A DNA stretch of 32,000 nt from Candidatus Saganbacteria bacterium (GTDB lineage Bacteria > Margulisbacteria > WOR-1 > JAKLHX01). The notes under the pieces were generated by a model. The model was not told where the DNA came from. It saw only the letters and a program-made list of their open reading frames with translations, and searched no databases. Below are positions 16,811 to 25,582 of the stretch, in pieces. The DNA lies in the NCBI GenBank assembly GCA_026387835.1, contig JAPLKZ010000013.1, forward strand, positions 30,001 to 62,000. Reading direction: 5' to 3'. Every line of letters starts with the position of its first letter. Position 1 is the stretch's first letter. A program made the position numbers and the translations under genes.

Positions 16811-18340
16811 TCAGTATTTGAACTTGAATTCGATCGCCTTTGTCCTATCTGTTACGTTATAGATATCGGTAACGCTGTCCTGCGTCAGTTTTTTAAGCTT
16901 GGACCTTTCTACCAACAGCTTTATCCCAAAGTTAGTAATGAAAATCTTTTCCGGAGAGCCGGTATTGACACAGTCATCTGCAATGTTCCTACGGATATTT
17001 ATAAGGTCCCCCCAATTATCTTTCACCGTCCGGTAGAAATTTGCGAACTTGTCTACCCCAACCGCGCACTGATGTGTATATTGCTGCATGCCAAGGATCT
17101 TTTTTGTGTCGGGGAAGAACTTGCCGCCGGTCCTTTTTGCCATCCTGCTGCTTATCAGGATGTCTTCTTCGCTTGGCGAAAGAGGCGCTATTGCCTTGAC
17201 GAATTTATTGGCGACGATCGCGTCTTTAGGCATCAAAGAAAGCTCTTTATCGTCAAGGGGTATGTCGAAATATAATTTATAATAAGCGCTTTCAATATCT
17301 TGTAACAGATCGTCTCTTGAGGGGTCTTTTGTAAAATCATAGTAAGCCTTATATTTCCAGAAGCCTTCGCTTGACGCTACGCACGAGTCGAAATCTTCGC
17401 CGGGCTGCACGAGAAGACCGACCGTCTCTTTTATGAACTTCAGCTCTTCCATCATAAGGTCGCCGCTGGTGTGGATCAGTTCGGGGAACATGGTCTTTTT
17501 ATCTTTAGAGATCATTAGCGCGTATTTTCCGAAAGTGTTGCTTCCCCATCCTGCTTCAATGATCTTTCCTGAATCATCCTTTTTGACCTTAAAATACTCG
17601 AAATTCCTGTCGTCGCTTTTTTTACTTAAGTCCTGCTCAACCGCTTCCGGTACCGGGATAAAAACACCTTTTGGATTTCTATACACATATTCACCGTCTT
17701 TAAAGATTATCAAAGAGCCCATGGGGATTTCCGTGGTGTCACGGTAAGTAGGGGAGTGGTAATCAATGACTTTCTTGAAGACATAGAAAGTTCCTGTTGT
17801 TGTAGGATATGCCTGATTATCGTCAAAATATGGCAGACCTTTTTCGTCCCTTCCCTGCATCGGATACATCTTATTTTCCGGGCCGGGCACAAAATACATT
17901 TTACCAAAAGGGGAACCTTTATATCTTATTAACAAAATTTCGGAACCCGGATATAACTCTACGGTGCAAGCATTCTTCTCGGACAGTTTCTTTGCTATAT
18001 CTTCAACGTCCGACTCGTATTGTATAAGTTCCACAAGATAGGGAGTCGAAGAAAAAATGCCGTTGTCGATCTTTTGCGGGTAAGGCTTTATCGTTATTCT
18101 GCTTCCGACTGGCAGCAATTTATAAAGCATCCAGCTGTTATACGGCGACAAATGCATGCAGCCATGGCTCTTGTAAAGATACCCGAGCATATTATTGAAA
18201 AGGATATGAAAATTATAATTATTCAGAGAGGCAGTGCAAGTAAAAATGTATTCATCGTCATCAGCGGTTACGACACGGCACAATATAAAGGAACTTACGA
18301 TCAGCAACAGGGATATTGTTGCGATCATTTTTTTCATCAT
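16811..18340 (-). CDS. Secreted L,D-transpeptidase (YkuD)-like protein, apparent permuted motif order; paralogue A (509 aa)
   Basis: The start is best placed at the ATG at 18340 behind SD AGGAG (not 18391, which lies inside the upstream gene). Signal peptide MMKKMIATISLLLIVSSFILC. YKSHGCMHLSPYNSWMLYKLLPVGSRITIKPY is followed, not preceded, by YPTTTGTFYVF and FGKYALMI...PELIHTSGD. Confidence 0.6.
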   Translation of the reverse strand: MMKKMIATISLLLIVSSFILCRVVTADDDEYIFTCTASLNNYNFHILFNNMLGYLYKSHGCMHLSPYNSWMLYKLLPVGSRITIKPYPQKIDNGIFSSTPYLVELIQYESDVEDIAKKLSEKNACTVELYPGSEILLIRYKGSPFGKMYFVPGPENKMYPMQGRDEKGLPYFDDNQAYPTTTGTFYVFKKVIDYHSPTYRDTTEIPMGSLIIFKDGEYVYRNPKGVFIPVPEAVEQDLSKKSDDRNFEYFKVKKDDSGKIIEAGWGSNTFGKYALMISKDKKTMFPELIHTSGDLMMEELKFIKETVGLLVQPGEDFDSCVASSEGFWKYKAYYDFTKDPSRDDLLQDIESAYYKLYFDIPLDDKELSLMPKDAIVANKFVKAIAPLSPSEEDILISSRMAKRTGGKFFPDTKKILGMQQYTHQCAVGVDKFANFYRTVKDNWGDLINIRRNIADDCVNTGSPEKIFITNFGIKLLVERSKLKKLTQDSVTDIYNVTDRTKAIEFKFKY

Positions 18341-18351
18341 TATCGGTCTCC

Positions 18352-19719
18352 TCATTTTATTGTCTTGAACTCCAGTCTTGAGTTTATCCATTTCTCTACG
18401 ATCTTTTTCCTTGACTTTTGAGGGACACCGTTCTTTTCAAAGTCGTTTATCAGCTTTTCCCTGAGACCGACCCAGAACCCCCAGTCAGCTTTCATCTTAC
18501 CGTACCACCCGGCGTTCTTTTCAATCACTTTGTTATAGATCCTGAGATAATTATACAGGCTCAGAGTATCGCGCCTCACTTTTTTGTCTTGCGGCAGATC
18601 TCGCGATTTGAAAGCAAGGTATGCTTTTTCAAGCCGCGGATCAAGGACCGCCCTGTCCTTGTTGGTCAGGGGCATATCGTGGAACAATCTGTAAAAAGCC
18701 GCTTCTTCGGGGATCATTTTATTTTCCCTGCCTGATGTTGAAATGAAGTCGTATGCATTCTTGTAAGAACTAAAGTCAAGATTATTTACAGCCAGCCCTT
18801 CGATATCTAAAGGCCCGTCCATCGTAAGTATATTTGCTATGCTGCCTACCAGCTTGTATTGTTCGAAAAGGAGCTCGCCCGAGCAATAGCCGATCTCGGG
18901 ATACCTTGCCCTGCCGTCCCTGGTCCAGTAGATCACATATTTCCCGAAATCATGCCCGGCCCATCTTAATGAGAGGATATTGCCGTAATTATCGCGGGAA
19001 ATGTCGTAATAATTATATCTCCAGCCGCTTTCCTGCTGTAAAAGGTCTTCCTGTATGAAACGCGGGGCCGGGATATAGCCCGGGAATCTTTTAACGGTCC
19101 AGATGCCGGAATTATATTTTATTTCCGTGCCGAACGCAAGTTTTGTGATCTCAGGATAGGTCGGACTGATATAATGGTCTGTTTTGCCGAGTATCTTGTA
19201 TCTGCCGGTGTCCGTCGGCGTCGCCGTCATGAAATCCCTGTCCAAAGGTTTGTTCTTTACGACGTCCTCAAGCATGGTGAAATCATACGGAGGCCCGGCT
19301 TGGACCGGGACTTTGACATACGGCCTGTTATCAAGGAAAATATATAATCTTGAAAATGAAGGAAATACCACTAAAGATGTCCTGCTGCTGCTGAACAGCG
19401 AAGCATAATAATCTATATCTTTTTCATCCATCACAACGTCGTCGAAAAATGCGATGCTTTTATCCTGGAACGGCAGGGCTTTATCGGAATAAGACCTTAT
19501 TATAAGAGGCGTCCCCTTTTTTACTGTCCTGTAAAGGAGATAGATATCTGACGGAGTGAAATGCAGGCATCCGTGGCTGTCGTAAAGAAAACCGAGGTAA
19601 TCGCGGAAATATGATGCGAAATTAGTCTTGTTCAGAAGGTCTTTGCTTCCATAGTCCGCGGCGGAACAAAATGTTATCAATATAGCGGTCATGATAGCCG
19701 CGCATATTAAACGTTTCAT
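18352..19719 (-). CDS. Secreted L,D-transpeptidase (YkuD)-like protein, apparent permuted motif order; paralogue B (455 aa)
   Basis: Signal peptide MKRLICAAIMTAILITFCSA. FLYDSHGCLHFTPSDIYLLYRTVKKGTPLIIRSY, then SLVVFPSFSRLYIFLDNRPYVKVPVQAG...ATPTDTGRYKIL, then FGKYVIYWTRDGRARYPEIGYCSGE. Confidence 0.6.
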   Translation of the reverse strand: MKRLICAAIMTAILITFCSAADYGSKDLLNKTNFASYFRDYLGFLYDSHGCLHFTPSDIYLLYRTVKKGTPLIIRSYSDKALPFQDKSIAFFDDVVMDEKDIDYYASLFSSSRTSLVVFPSFSRLYIFLDNRPYVKVPVQAGPPYDFTMLEDVVKNKPLDRDFMTATPTDTGRYKILGKTDHYISPTYPEITKLAFGTEIKYNSGIWTVKRFPGYIPAPRFIQEDLLQQESGWRYNYYDISRDNYGNILSLRWAGHDFGKYVIYWTRDGRARYPEIGYCSGELLFEQYKLVGSIANILTMDGPLDIEGLAVNNLDFSSYKNAYDFISTSGRENKMIPEEAAFYRLFHDMPLTNKDRAVLDPRLEKAYLAFKSRDLPQDKKVRRDTLSLYNYLRIYNKVIEKNAGWYGKMKADWGFWVGLREKLINDFEKNGVPQKSRKKIVEKWINSRLEFKTIK

Positions 19720-19727
19720 TAATGGAT

Positions 19728-19733
19728 ATTATA
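19728..19733 (-). promoter_or_regulatory. Consensus -10 box TATAAT, 8 nt upstream of an ATG (candidate leaderless start)
   Basis: Minus strand reads TATAAT-ATCCATTA-ATG(19719). No Shine-Dalgarno. Confidence 0.5.
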
Positions 19734-19765
19734 ACGCAATAAGGCAAGGGGTGCGAATAATCAAC

Positions 19766-19837
19766 TAGCCCCACGGGGAATCGAACCCCGACCGTCAGCT
19801 TGAAAAGCTGATGTCCTAACCGTTAGACGATGGGGCC
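19766..19837 (-). tRNA. tRNA-Glu (anticodon TTC)
   Basis: Minus strand GGCCCCATCGTCTAACGGTTAGGACATCAGCTTTTCAAGCTGACGGTCGGGGTTCGATTCCCCGTGGGGCTA folds as a cloverleaf with anticodon loop TTTTCAA. Confidence 0.94.
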
Positions 19838-19927
19838 ACATTTGTAATTTTATCAAAAAACCGTAAAACTTACCATACGATCAGAAATACTGAAACTTTA
19901 CGATTTTTTTATCGATTAATATTCAAG

Positions 19928-21412
19928 ATGGGACACGCATCTGTAAACTTCACAAACAGGGGATGTTCAAGGCAATGGACTGTTCAGGATGTCGGATTCC
20001 GACTCCCTGTACAGAACAGGCTGGTTTTACAGCGGCCGAATGATCGTATCGTGATCGCGGGGCTTGCTCCGAACGCGGGAAAAGCCCTGGCAGCGGAGGG
20101 ACTGAGGCCGGATGTTGCGATTGTGCCGTCAAGACAACATTTAAATGAAATGTTTTTCCCGTTATCGATTTCAAGCGCTCAGACCGGCGATCGGGTGAAA
20201 ATTATAGTCCCTGACAGCGATACAGCGGAAGCGGTCAGACAATATCTTGCGCAGGCATACAGGCCCTATGCCAAGGACGAGAACCCTTTTTCAGCTTTTA
20301 TTTTTGACAGGGCAAAACTTGATCACTGGGGTGTTGCGACATTATCCTCAGACGAACTTGCGCAGGAAATCCAATATTATAGCGGAAGATGCGAAAGAGA
20401 TGCCGGTAGGATGGCGGACATAATCATATTAAGACGGGGAGAAGCTTTTGATATGAGGGTCAGAGAGAATCCAGTCAGGGTTATGACTCCGGACGGAAAG
20501 ACATATATCTTCGACGAAGAACGGATATGTTCCGATGATTTTTCGCCGGTAGTCTTTGAAAGGGAAAATATCCCCACATTAGAAGAATGGGATCCGCGAT
20601 TTGGCGTGTTCATGCTGGGTGTAAATTCCGGAGGCTATCCAAAAGGTTTTTCAGTTTCAATGCTTGTGAGGTCCCGCGGCAGAAATGTCGTCATCGATTG
20701 CGGGCCTCAGGTTCCGGCCGTGCTGAAAGAAACGGGAATAAATCTGAACACAATATCCTGGGTGCTAACCCATGTCCATCCGGACCATGACAGCGGATTA
20801 TTTGACCTTCTCGCGGATCCAAATGTCAGAAGAATAGACCTATACACACATATATTCGCGGCAATATCACTGCTCAAAAAATGCAGGGCCATGGGTTTGT
20901 ATGAAAAAGCGGTCCAAAAGATCTCATTTATGGGAGGTGCAAACTTTAACGACGTCAACTTCATCGCTTCATCCCGGAATCTAACCCCGTGGCCGGGGGC
21001 TCTGAGCACTTTCCGTGAAAATATGATGTTCATGGGTTCAAACCATCTTAATATCAGAACAGAATGGACCCTGCACGGGATACCCACGATCATGCTGAAA
21101 ATTGATGACGGAAGGAACGCACTTCTTTATACAGGAGACGGCGCTTTTTCACAGGACAGGATAATCGAGATCACGGAGGCAGGAGCTCTGTCAGGACAAA
21201 GATTATCAAGGATGGCGACTTTTCTGCGTGATTTTAAGCATCAAAATACATTATTGGTCGAAGAGATCGGAAGAGGAATCAATCACAGCACGAAACCCAT
21301 GGATATGCTTGATGCGGTTCCATGGATGAGACGGTTCGTTCACTGGGCAAAGGCAGATGATCTTCCGCAGGAGCAAGTCGCGCAAACATTTGAAGTGGTT
21401 AATCTGGAATAG
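19928..21412 (+). CDS. Metallo-beta-lactamase-fold hydrolase with a ~220-aa N-terminal extension
   Basis: SWVLTHVHPDHDSGLFDLL (HxHxDH, 20771-20788), NALLYTGDGAFSQDRI. The start codon is uncertain (no SD). Confidence 0.75.
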   Translation: MGHASVNFTNRGCSRQWTVQDVGFRLPVQNRLVLQRPNDRIVIAGLAPNAGKALAAEGLRPDVAIVPSRQHLNEMFFPLSISSAQTGDRVKIIVPDSDTAEAVRQYLAQAYRPYAKDENPFSAFIFDRAKLDHWGVATLSSDELAQEIQYYSGRCERDAGRMADIIILRRGEAFDMRVRENPVRVMTPDGKTYIFDEERICSDDFSPVVFERENIPTLEEWDPRFGVFMLGVNSGGYPKGFSVSMLVRSRGRNVVIDCGPQVPAVLKETGINLNTISWVLTHVHPDHDSGLFDLLADPNVRRIDLYTHIFAAISLLKKCRAMGLYEKAVQKISFMGGANFNDVNFIASSRNLTPWPGALSTFRENMMFMGSNHLNIRTEWTLHGIPTIMLKIDDGRNALLYTGDGAFSQDRIIEITEAGALSGQRLSRMATFLRDFKHQNTLLVEEIGRGINHSTKPMDMLDAVPWMRRFVHWAKADDLPQEQVAQTFEVVNLE

Positions 21413-21428
21413 AGCAATATCTATAATA

Positions 21429-21453
21429 AAAGGGCCGCAGGATGCGGCCCTTT
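21429..21453. terminator. Bidirectional intrinsic-terminator-like hairpin between convergent genes
   Basis: AAAGGGCCGCA-gga-TGCGGCCCTTT: perfect 11-bp stem, 3-nt loop, between CDS 19928-21412 (+) and 21470-22579 (-). Confidence 0.8.
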
Positions 21454-21469
21454 ATAATGAACAGGGATA

Positions 21470-22579
21470 TCAGAAGCCGATGTGCACGTCGACCATTGTC
21501 TTATTGTTCGTCGAATTATTATTATCGCTGACGAACGCGAGGTTGACAGTATCGGCAAGCACTCCGATACCATATGTCATCATGTTCACAGGGGCCGCGC
21601 TGTTACCTCCCGATATCGAACCGATCCTGAGCGCGACCAATTTCATCAGGATAGGATATTCAAGACCAATGTGCGTGACCGAATAACCGGACGAAACGCT
21701 GTCAAGGTCGACAGCAAGCTTCGCTCCGATGAGAGGTATCTCGGTGGCGGCGCCGATGACCAGGGTCGTCGGCACGGAAACATCAGCGAGAGGAGATGGC
21801 GTAAGATTCTGCATCGGACCGCTCTGACTTCCATCCGAGTTATTAAACGTTCCTTTTGTCTTTGCCTGAGTGCCTTTCAAATTGGCGAAAAGGTCCTTAT
21901 AAACGAGCGCGAAAGATATCGGCATAGTAGGGACGACATTTGTCTTTCCCTGCATTCCTATATCAAGGCCGAATCCCGAATAACTGTTGACGGTATTCGT
22001 TATGTCGGTCGTGGATACTCCCGCGGCAACACTGGCGTCGGCCGTAGCGTTATAAATATACTTCGCGTTGAAACCGATATTTATGTCACCAAGATATGGA
22101 ACGCCGACCCCATATCCCATCGTGAGCGCGCTGTCCGAATTAAGATTCGCGATTGCTCCGGCGCCGAACTCGTTCTTGTTCTTGTTAAGTTCGAGATAGG
22201 TCACAGGGATCACGCTGATGCCGGTCTTTGCAACATCAAAACCGACGATCGCGTTTACGCTGCCTTTCACGTTTATCTGCTGTGAAAAATTATCCGCTAA
22301 AAACTTAGCGGGGTTTGATATATTGCCCAATACATTCATGAGCTTATCGGATCCCTGCGAAGTGTATGCCGCGCCGAGCTTGAGTGCGACTGCCTGAGCT
22401 CTCGCCATGCCTGCAGGGTTGTAATAAGCGGCTGCGATGTCATCGACAATAGCGGACCCGGCTCCGCCCATCCCTGCGATCTTGGCGCTTGCCCCGTAAG
22501 GCAGTACACCCGACGGCATAGCAATTGCAGCCGAAGCTATCAGACAGACCGACAGACAAGCTAAAACGATTTTCTTCAT
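21470..22579 (-). CDS. Outer-membrane beta-barrel-like protein (FadL/PorV/TraF-like)
   Basis: Signal peptide MKKIVLACLSVCLIASAAIA, then GMGGAGSAIVDDIAAAYYNPAGMA, glycine/alternating strand pattern, C-terminal ...MVDVHIGF. SD AAGGAGG upstream. Confidence 0.75.
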   Translation of the reverse strand: MKKIVLACLSVCLIASAAIAMPSGVLPYGASAKIAGMGGAGSAIVDDIAAAYYNPAGMARAQAVALKLGAAYTSQGSDKLMNVLGNISNPAKFLADNFSQQINVKGSVNAIVGFDVAKTGISVIPVTYLELNKNKNEFGAGAIANLNSDSALTMGYGVGVPYLGDINIGFNAKYIYNATADASVAAGVSTTDITNTVNSYSGFGLDIGMQGKTNVVPTMPISFALVYKDLFANLKGTQAKTKGTFNNSDGSQSGPMQNLTPSPLADVSVPTTLVIGAATEIPLIGAKLAVDLDSVSSGYSVTHIGLEYPILMKLVALRIGSISGGNSAAPVNMMTYGIGVLADTVNLAFVSDNNNSTNNKTMVDVHIGF

Positions 22580-22611
22580 ACCAGTCCTCCTTATAAAAAA
22601 ATATTAGATAA

Positions 22612-22641
22612 ATTGTACATATACGAGGGGGTGAATGTCAA
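22612..22641 (-). promoter_or_regulatory. Sigma70-type promoter for the outer-membrane-like gene
   Basis: Minus strand TTGACA (22641-22636), 18-nt spacer, TACAAT (22617-22612), followed by SD AGGAGG and the ATG at 22579. Confidence 0.75.
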
Positions 22642-22649
22642 GGACGAAA

Positions 22650-22698
22650 AACTCACCCCCGTCCCCTCTCTTATCAAGAGAGGGGACGGGGGTGAGTT
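22650..22698. repeat. 23-bp near-adjacent perfect palindrome (3-nt loop) directly after the rpoD stop; terminator and/or palindromic repeat element
   Basis: AACTCACCCCCGTCCCCTCTCTT-atc-AAGAGAGGGGACGGGGGTGAGTT. On the minus strand it is followed by a T5 run. Confidence 0.85.
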
Positions 22699-22700
22699 GA

Positions 22701-23744
22701 TTATTTCAGATATTCTCTTAACTTTCTGCTTCGCGTCGGATGCTTGAACTTGCGCAGCGCCTTTGCTTCGATCTGGCGGATGCGTTCTCTTGTGACCTTG
22801 TAGATCTGGCCCACTTCTTCAAGTGTCCGCGGCCTGCCGTCCTCAAGCCCGAAACGGAGCTTTATAACGGTCCTCTCTCTTTCAGATAGAGAGCTCATCA
22901 CTTCTTCCAGGTCATCGCGCAGCATGCCGTGAAGGACCGTCTCGTCGGGATGCGCTATTGTCGAGTCTTCCACAAAATCACCGAGATGCGAGCTTTCCTC
23001 GTCCCCGATGGGTATCTCCAGAGACAGCGGGAGCTGCGAGACTTTTATGATCTCTCTGACCTTGTCGACGGACACTCTTGCTCTTCTGGCTATTTCTGTC
23101 TCGGTCGGTTTCCTTCCCAGCTTTTGAAGAAGGCCTCTTGTGACCTTCCTCATCTTGTTTATGGTCTCGACCATATGCACGGGGATCCTGATAGTGCGGG
23201 CCTGATCGGCTATGGACCTCGTGATCGCCTGCCTGATCCACCAGGTAGCGTATGTGGAAAATTTATACCCTTTGCGGTGATCGAATTTCTCGACCGCGCG
23301 GATAAGGCCAAGATTTCCTTCCTGTATCAGGTCGAGGAAAAGCATCCCGCGGCCGGTGTATTTCTTTGCTATGCTCACCACGAGGCGCAGGTTGGAATTT
23401 ACCAGTTTATGCTTTGCTTTCATATCGCCCCGCTTCATTCTTTTAGCGATCGAGACCTCCTCCGCGAAAGTTAGGAGAGGGAATTTTCCGATCTCCCTGA
23501 GGTACATCTTGACCGTGTCGTCGACGCCGGGCCCCTTGAAGTCGGAAGCGTCGTGAGGGTTTACCTCATCTTCCACGACGGGGATCTTTTTCATTTTGTC
23601 CTCGGCAACATCAGCGTTCTTAAGAAGATATTCTATATCCTCTGAGCTTTTTGAATGGTCGGGAAAAACCGAGACATAGTCCTCGTGGCTGTGGAACGGC
23701 TTTTTCCCCCTTGTCCGGGGCTGTTCTTCACTTGTTTGAGTCAT
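22701..23744 (-). CDS. rpoD: Primary RNA polymerase sigma factor (sigma-70 / RpoD), short N-terminus
   Basis: [119 protein letters not shown]. The SD AGGAGG supports the ATG at 23744 rather than the GTG at 23774. Confidence 0.97.
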   Translation of the reverse strand: MTQTSEEQPRTRGKKPFHSHEDYVSVFPDHSKSSEDIEYLLKNADVAEDKMKKIPVVEDEVNPHDASDFKGPGVDDTVKMYLREIGKFPLLTFAEEVSIAKRMKRGDMKAKHKLVNSNLRLVVSIAKKYTGRGMLFLDLIQEGNLGLIRAVEKFDHRKGYKFSTYATWWIRQAITRSIADQARTIRIPVHMVETINKMRKVTRGLLQKLGRKPTETEIARRARVSVDKVREIIKVSQLPLSLEIPIGDEESSHLGDFVEDSTIAHPDETVLHGMLRDDLEEVMSSLSERERTVIKLRFGLEDGRPRTLEEVGQIYKVTRERIRQIEAKALRKFKHPTRSRKLREYLK

Positions 23745-23824
23745 CACAGGCCTCCTTTTTGCCTGAGCAGTCACAGGCCAAGACTACTCATAAATATATC
23801 GCCATTAATGCGCATGAATTTCAC

Positions 23825-25582
23825 TTAAAATGACCTTATCTCGTTATGGCACTTCTTGAACTCTTCCTGAAGCGCCGCCAAGCCGGCAAGGTCGTTCGCT
23901 TTTTCAGCCTCAGACATCCTGCGTTTAAGGCCGTCTATCCTTATCTTAAGCGCGTTGGATTTCAGCGTGTTTATGCAATCCTGAAGCGTCTTCTCCCTGT
24001 CCATGATCTCATGATCGTCAAATATAATAGCTGAAAAGGCCTTTTTAGCCTCTTCAGTTGCGAGCGCGTCAACAATGACCGGCAATCTATCTTCTCCCAT
24101 GTCTGCTCCGGCAGGAGGCAGTTTTTCAAATATCTCCCTGTTCACGGAACAGGAAAAATCATCCGCGGTCAGATCTTTCATGGCATTATCACGGCCGGCG
24201 GTGTCTTCCAGGCACAGCTTTATTATCGTCTTTTCAGCCTCATCTATCTTTGAAAGCGGTTTTTTTATCGGGCCCCGCCTGCCCCTGAAGTCACCAGTGC
24301 TGTAATACCCCGAGTCTTTTATTGCGGAAAGCACGTGGTCTTCGTCAACATTCAATCTTCTGCTCAGGTTTTTGGAGTATTCACTCCGTATCACATTGTC
24401 CTTTTCTTTTGAAAGGATCGCGGCGGCTTCTTTCAGGGCTTTTGATTTTCCTTCCGGAGAAGATATATCATTTTTTTTCAGAACAGCCCCGAGCTTATAA
24501 GCTAACCACGGCACAGCTTTATTTAACAGTTCAGAAAACTTTTCCTTGCCCTCTTTTGTTATTATCTCATCCGGATCTTTTCCGCCGGACAGCACGGCGA
24601 CTTTCGGGTATATCCCGATCTCTTTAAGAATGTCTATGCTTCTTTCCGTCGCCTGGGAGCCGGCTGCATCGCTGTCAAAGACGAGCGTTATATTATCGGT
24701 AAGCCTCTGCAGTGATTTCACCTGATTTATCGTGACAGAAGTGCCCGAACTTGCGACGACATTGTCAAAACCGGCGGAAAAAGCGGATATCACGTCCATA
24801 TAGCCTTCCATTATAAGAGCGCAGCGCTTTTCCCTGATGTGTTCTTTGGAAAAATTGAGACCGAAAAGAACGTTCCCCTTGTTATAAACAGGGGAGTCCG
24901 GCGAATTGAGATATTTAGGATCGCCCCCGTCCATGGACCTTGCACCGAAACCGAGCGCCCTGCCTTTCGCGTCAAAGATAGGGAACATCAGCCGGTTCCT
25001 GAAACGGTCGTAATAGGAATTAGAACCTTCTTTCTTGAGGATAAGGCCGGCAAGTTCGATGTCTTTTGGAAGATAGCCTTTTGATGTCAGGAACCTGTAA
25101 GTCTTATCCCACGAGTCGGGTGAGTAACCGATCCTGAAAGTCGAAAGCGCCTGCTTGTCCAGCCCCCTTTTTTGAACATAAGCAAGAGCGGTCTCCGATA
25201 TTTTAAGCTCCAGCTCATAGAATTCCAGGGCCGAAGATATTATCTCAAATATCTTTTGGTCTTTGGTACCCTGTGGATCCTGAGGCCGCGCGTCGATCTC
25301 GAGCGGTATCCCGAGCTTATCGGCGAGCAGTTTTGCCGCTTCCTTGAAAGAGATGTTCTCTATCTTCATGATGAAAGAAAAAACATTCCCGCCCTCGCTG
25401 CAGCCGAAGCAGTGAAAGAGCTGTTTTTCCTGGCTGACGGTAAATGAGGCCGTTTTTTCGCTGTGGAAAGGGCAGAGCGCGAGATAATTCTTACCCCTCT
25501 TCTTCAAGGCGACATAATCTGATACGATACTTACGATATCAGCCTTGCTCCGGATGTCTTCGATAATATTTTTATCTATCAT
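23825..25582 (-). CDS. dnaG: DNA primase
   Basis: CPFHSEKTASFTVSQEKQLFHCFGCSEGGNVFSFI (zinc-binding domain), EGYMDVISAFSAGFDNVVASSGTSVT, VFDSDAAGSQA (Toprim). The ATG at 25582 overlaps the upstream stop by ATGA. The track start at 25591 is a GTG. Confidence 0.96.
   Translation of the reverse strand: MIDKNIIEDIRSKADIVSIVSDYVALKKRGKNYLALCPFHSEKTASFTVSQEKQLFHCFGCSEGGNVFSFIMKIENISFKEAAKLLADKLGIPLEIDARPQDPQGTKDQKIFEIISSALEFYELELKISETALAYVQKRGLDKQALSTFRIGYSPDSWDKTYRFLTSKGYLPKDIELAGLILKKEGSNSYYDRFRNRLMFPIFDAKGRALGFGARSMDGGDPKYLNSPDSPVYNKGNVLFGLNFSKEHIREKRCALIMEGYMDVISAFSAGFDNVVASSGTSVTINQVKSLQRLTDNITLVFDSDAAGSQATERSIDILKEIGIYPKVAVLSGGKDPDEIITKEGKEKFSELLNKAVPWLAYKLGAVLKKNDISSPEGKSKALKEAAAILSKEKDNVIRSEYSKNLSRRLNVDEDHVLSAIKDSGYYSTGDFRGRRGPIKKPLSKIDEAEKTIIKLCLEDTAGRDNAMKDLTADDFSCSVNREIFEKLPPAGADMGEDRLPVIVDALATEEAKKAFSAIIFDDHEIMDREKTLQDCINTLKSNALKIRIDGLKRRMSEAEKANDLAGLAALQEEFKKCHNEIRSF

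Noticed and set aside
18341-18391. Upstream start (18391) for paralogue A
   Set aside because: It falls inside the preceding coding region and puts 17 non-signal-like residues before MMKKMIATISLLL. AGGAG-7 nt-ATG supports 18340.
19839-19927. Inverted CGTAAA...TTTACG and TCAG-AAATA-CTGA elements between tRNA-Glu and the MBL gene as an operator
   Set aside because: The repeats are short and AT-rich, of the kind expected by chance. No consistent promoter geometry ties them together.
23745-23774. GTG at 23774 as the rpoD start
   Set aside because: It would place the strong SD AGGAGG inside the coding region. The ATG at 23744 is correctly spaced behind it.
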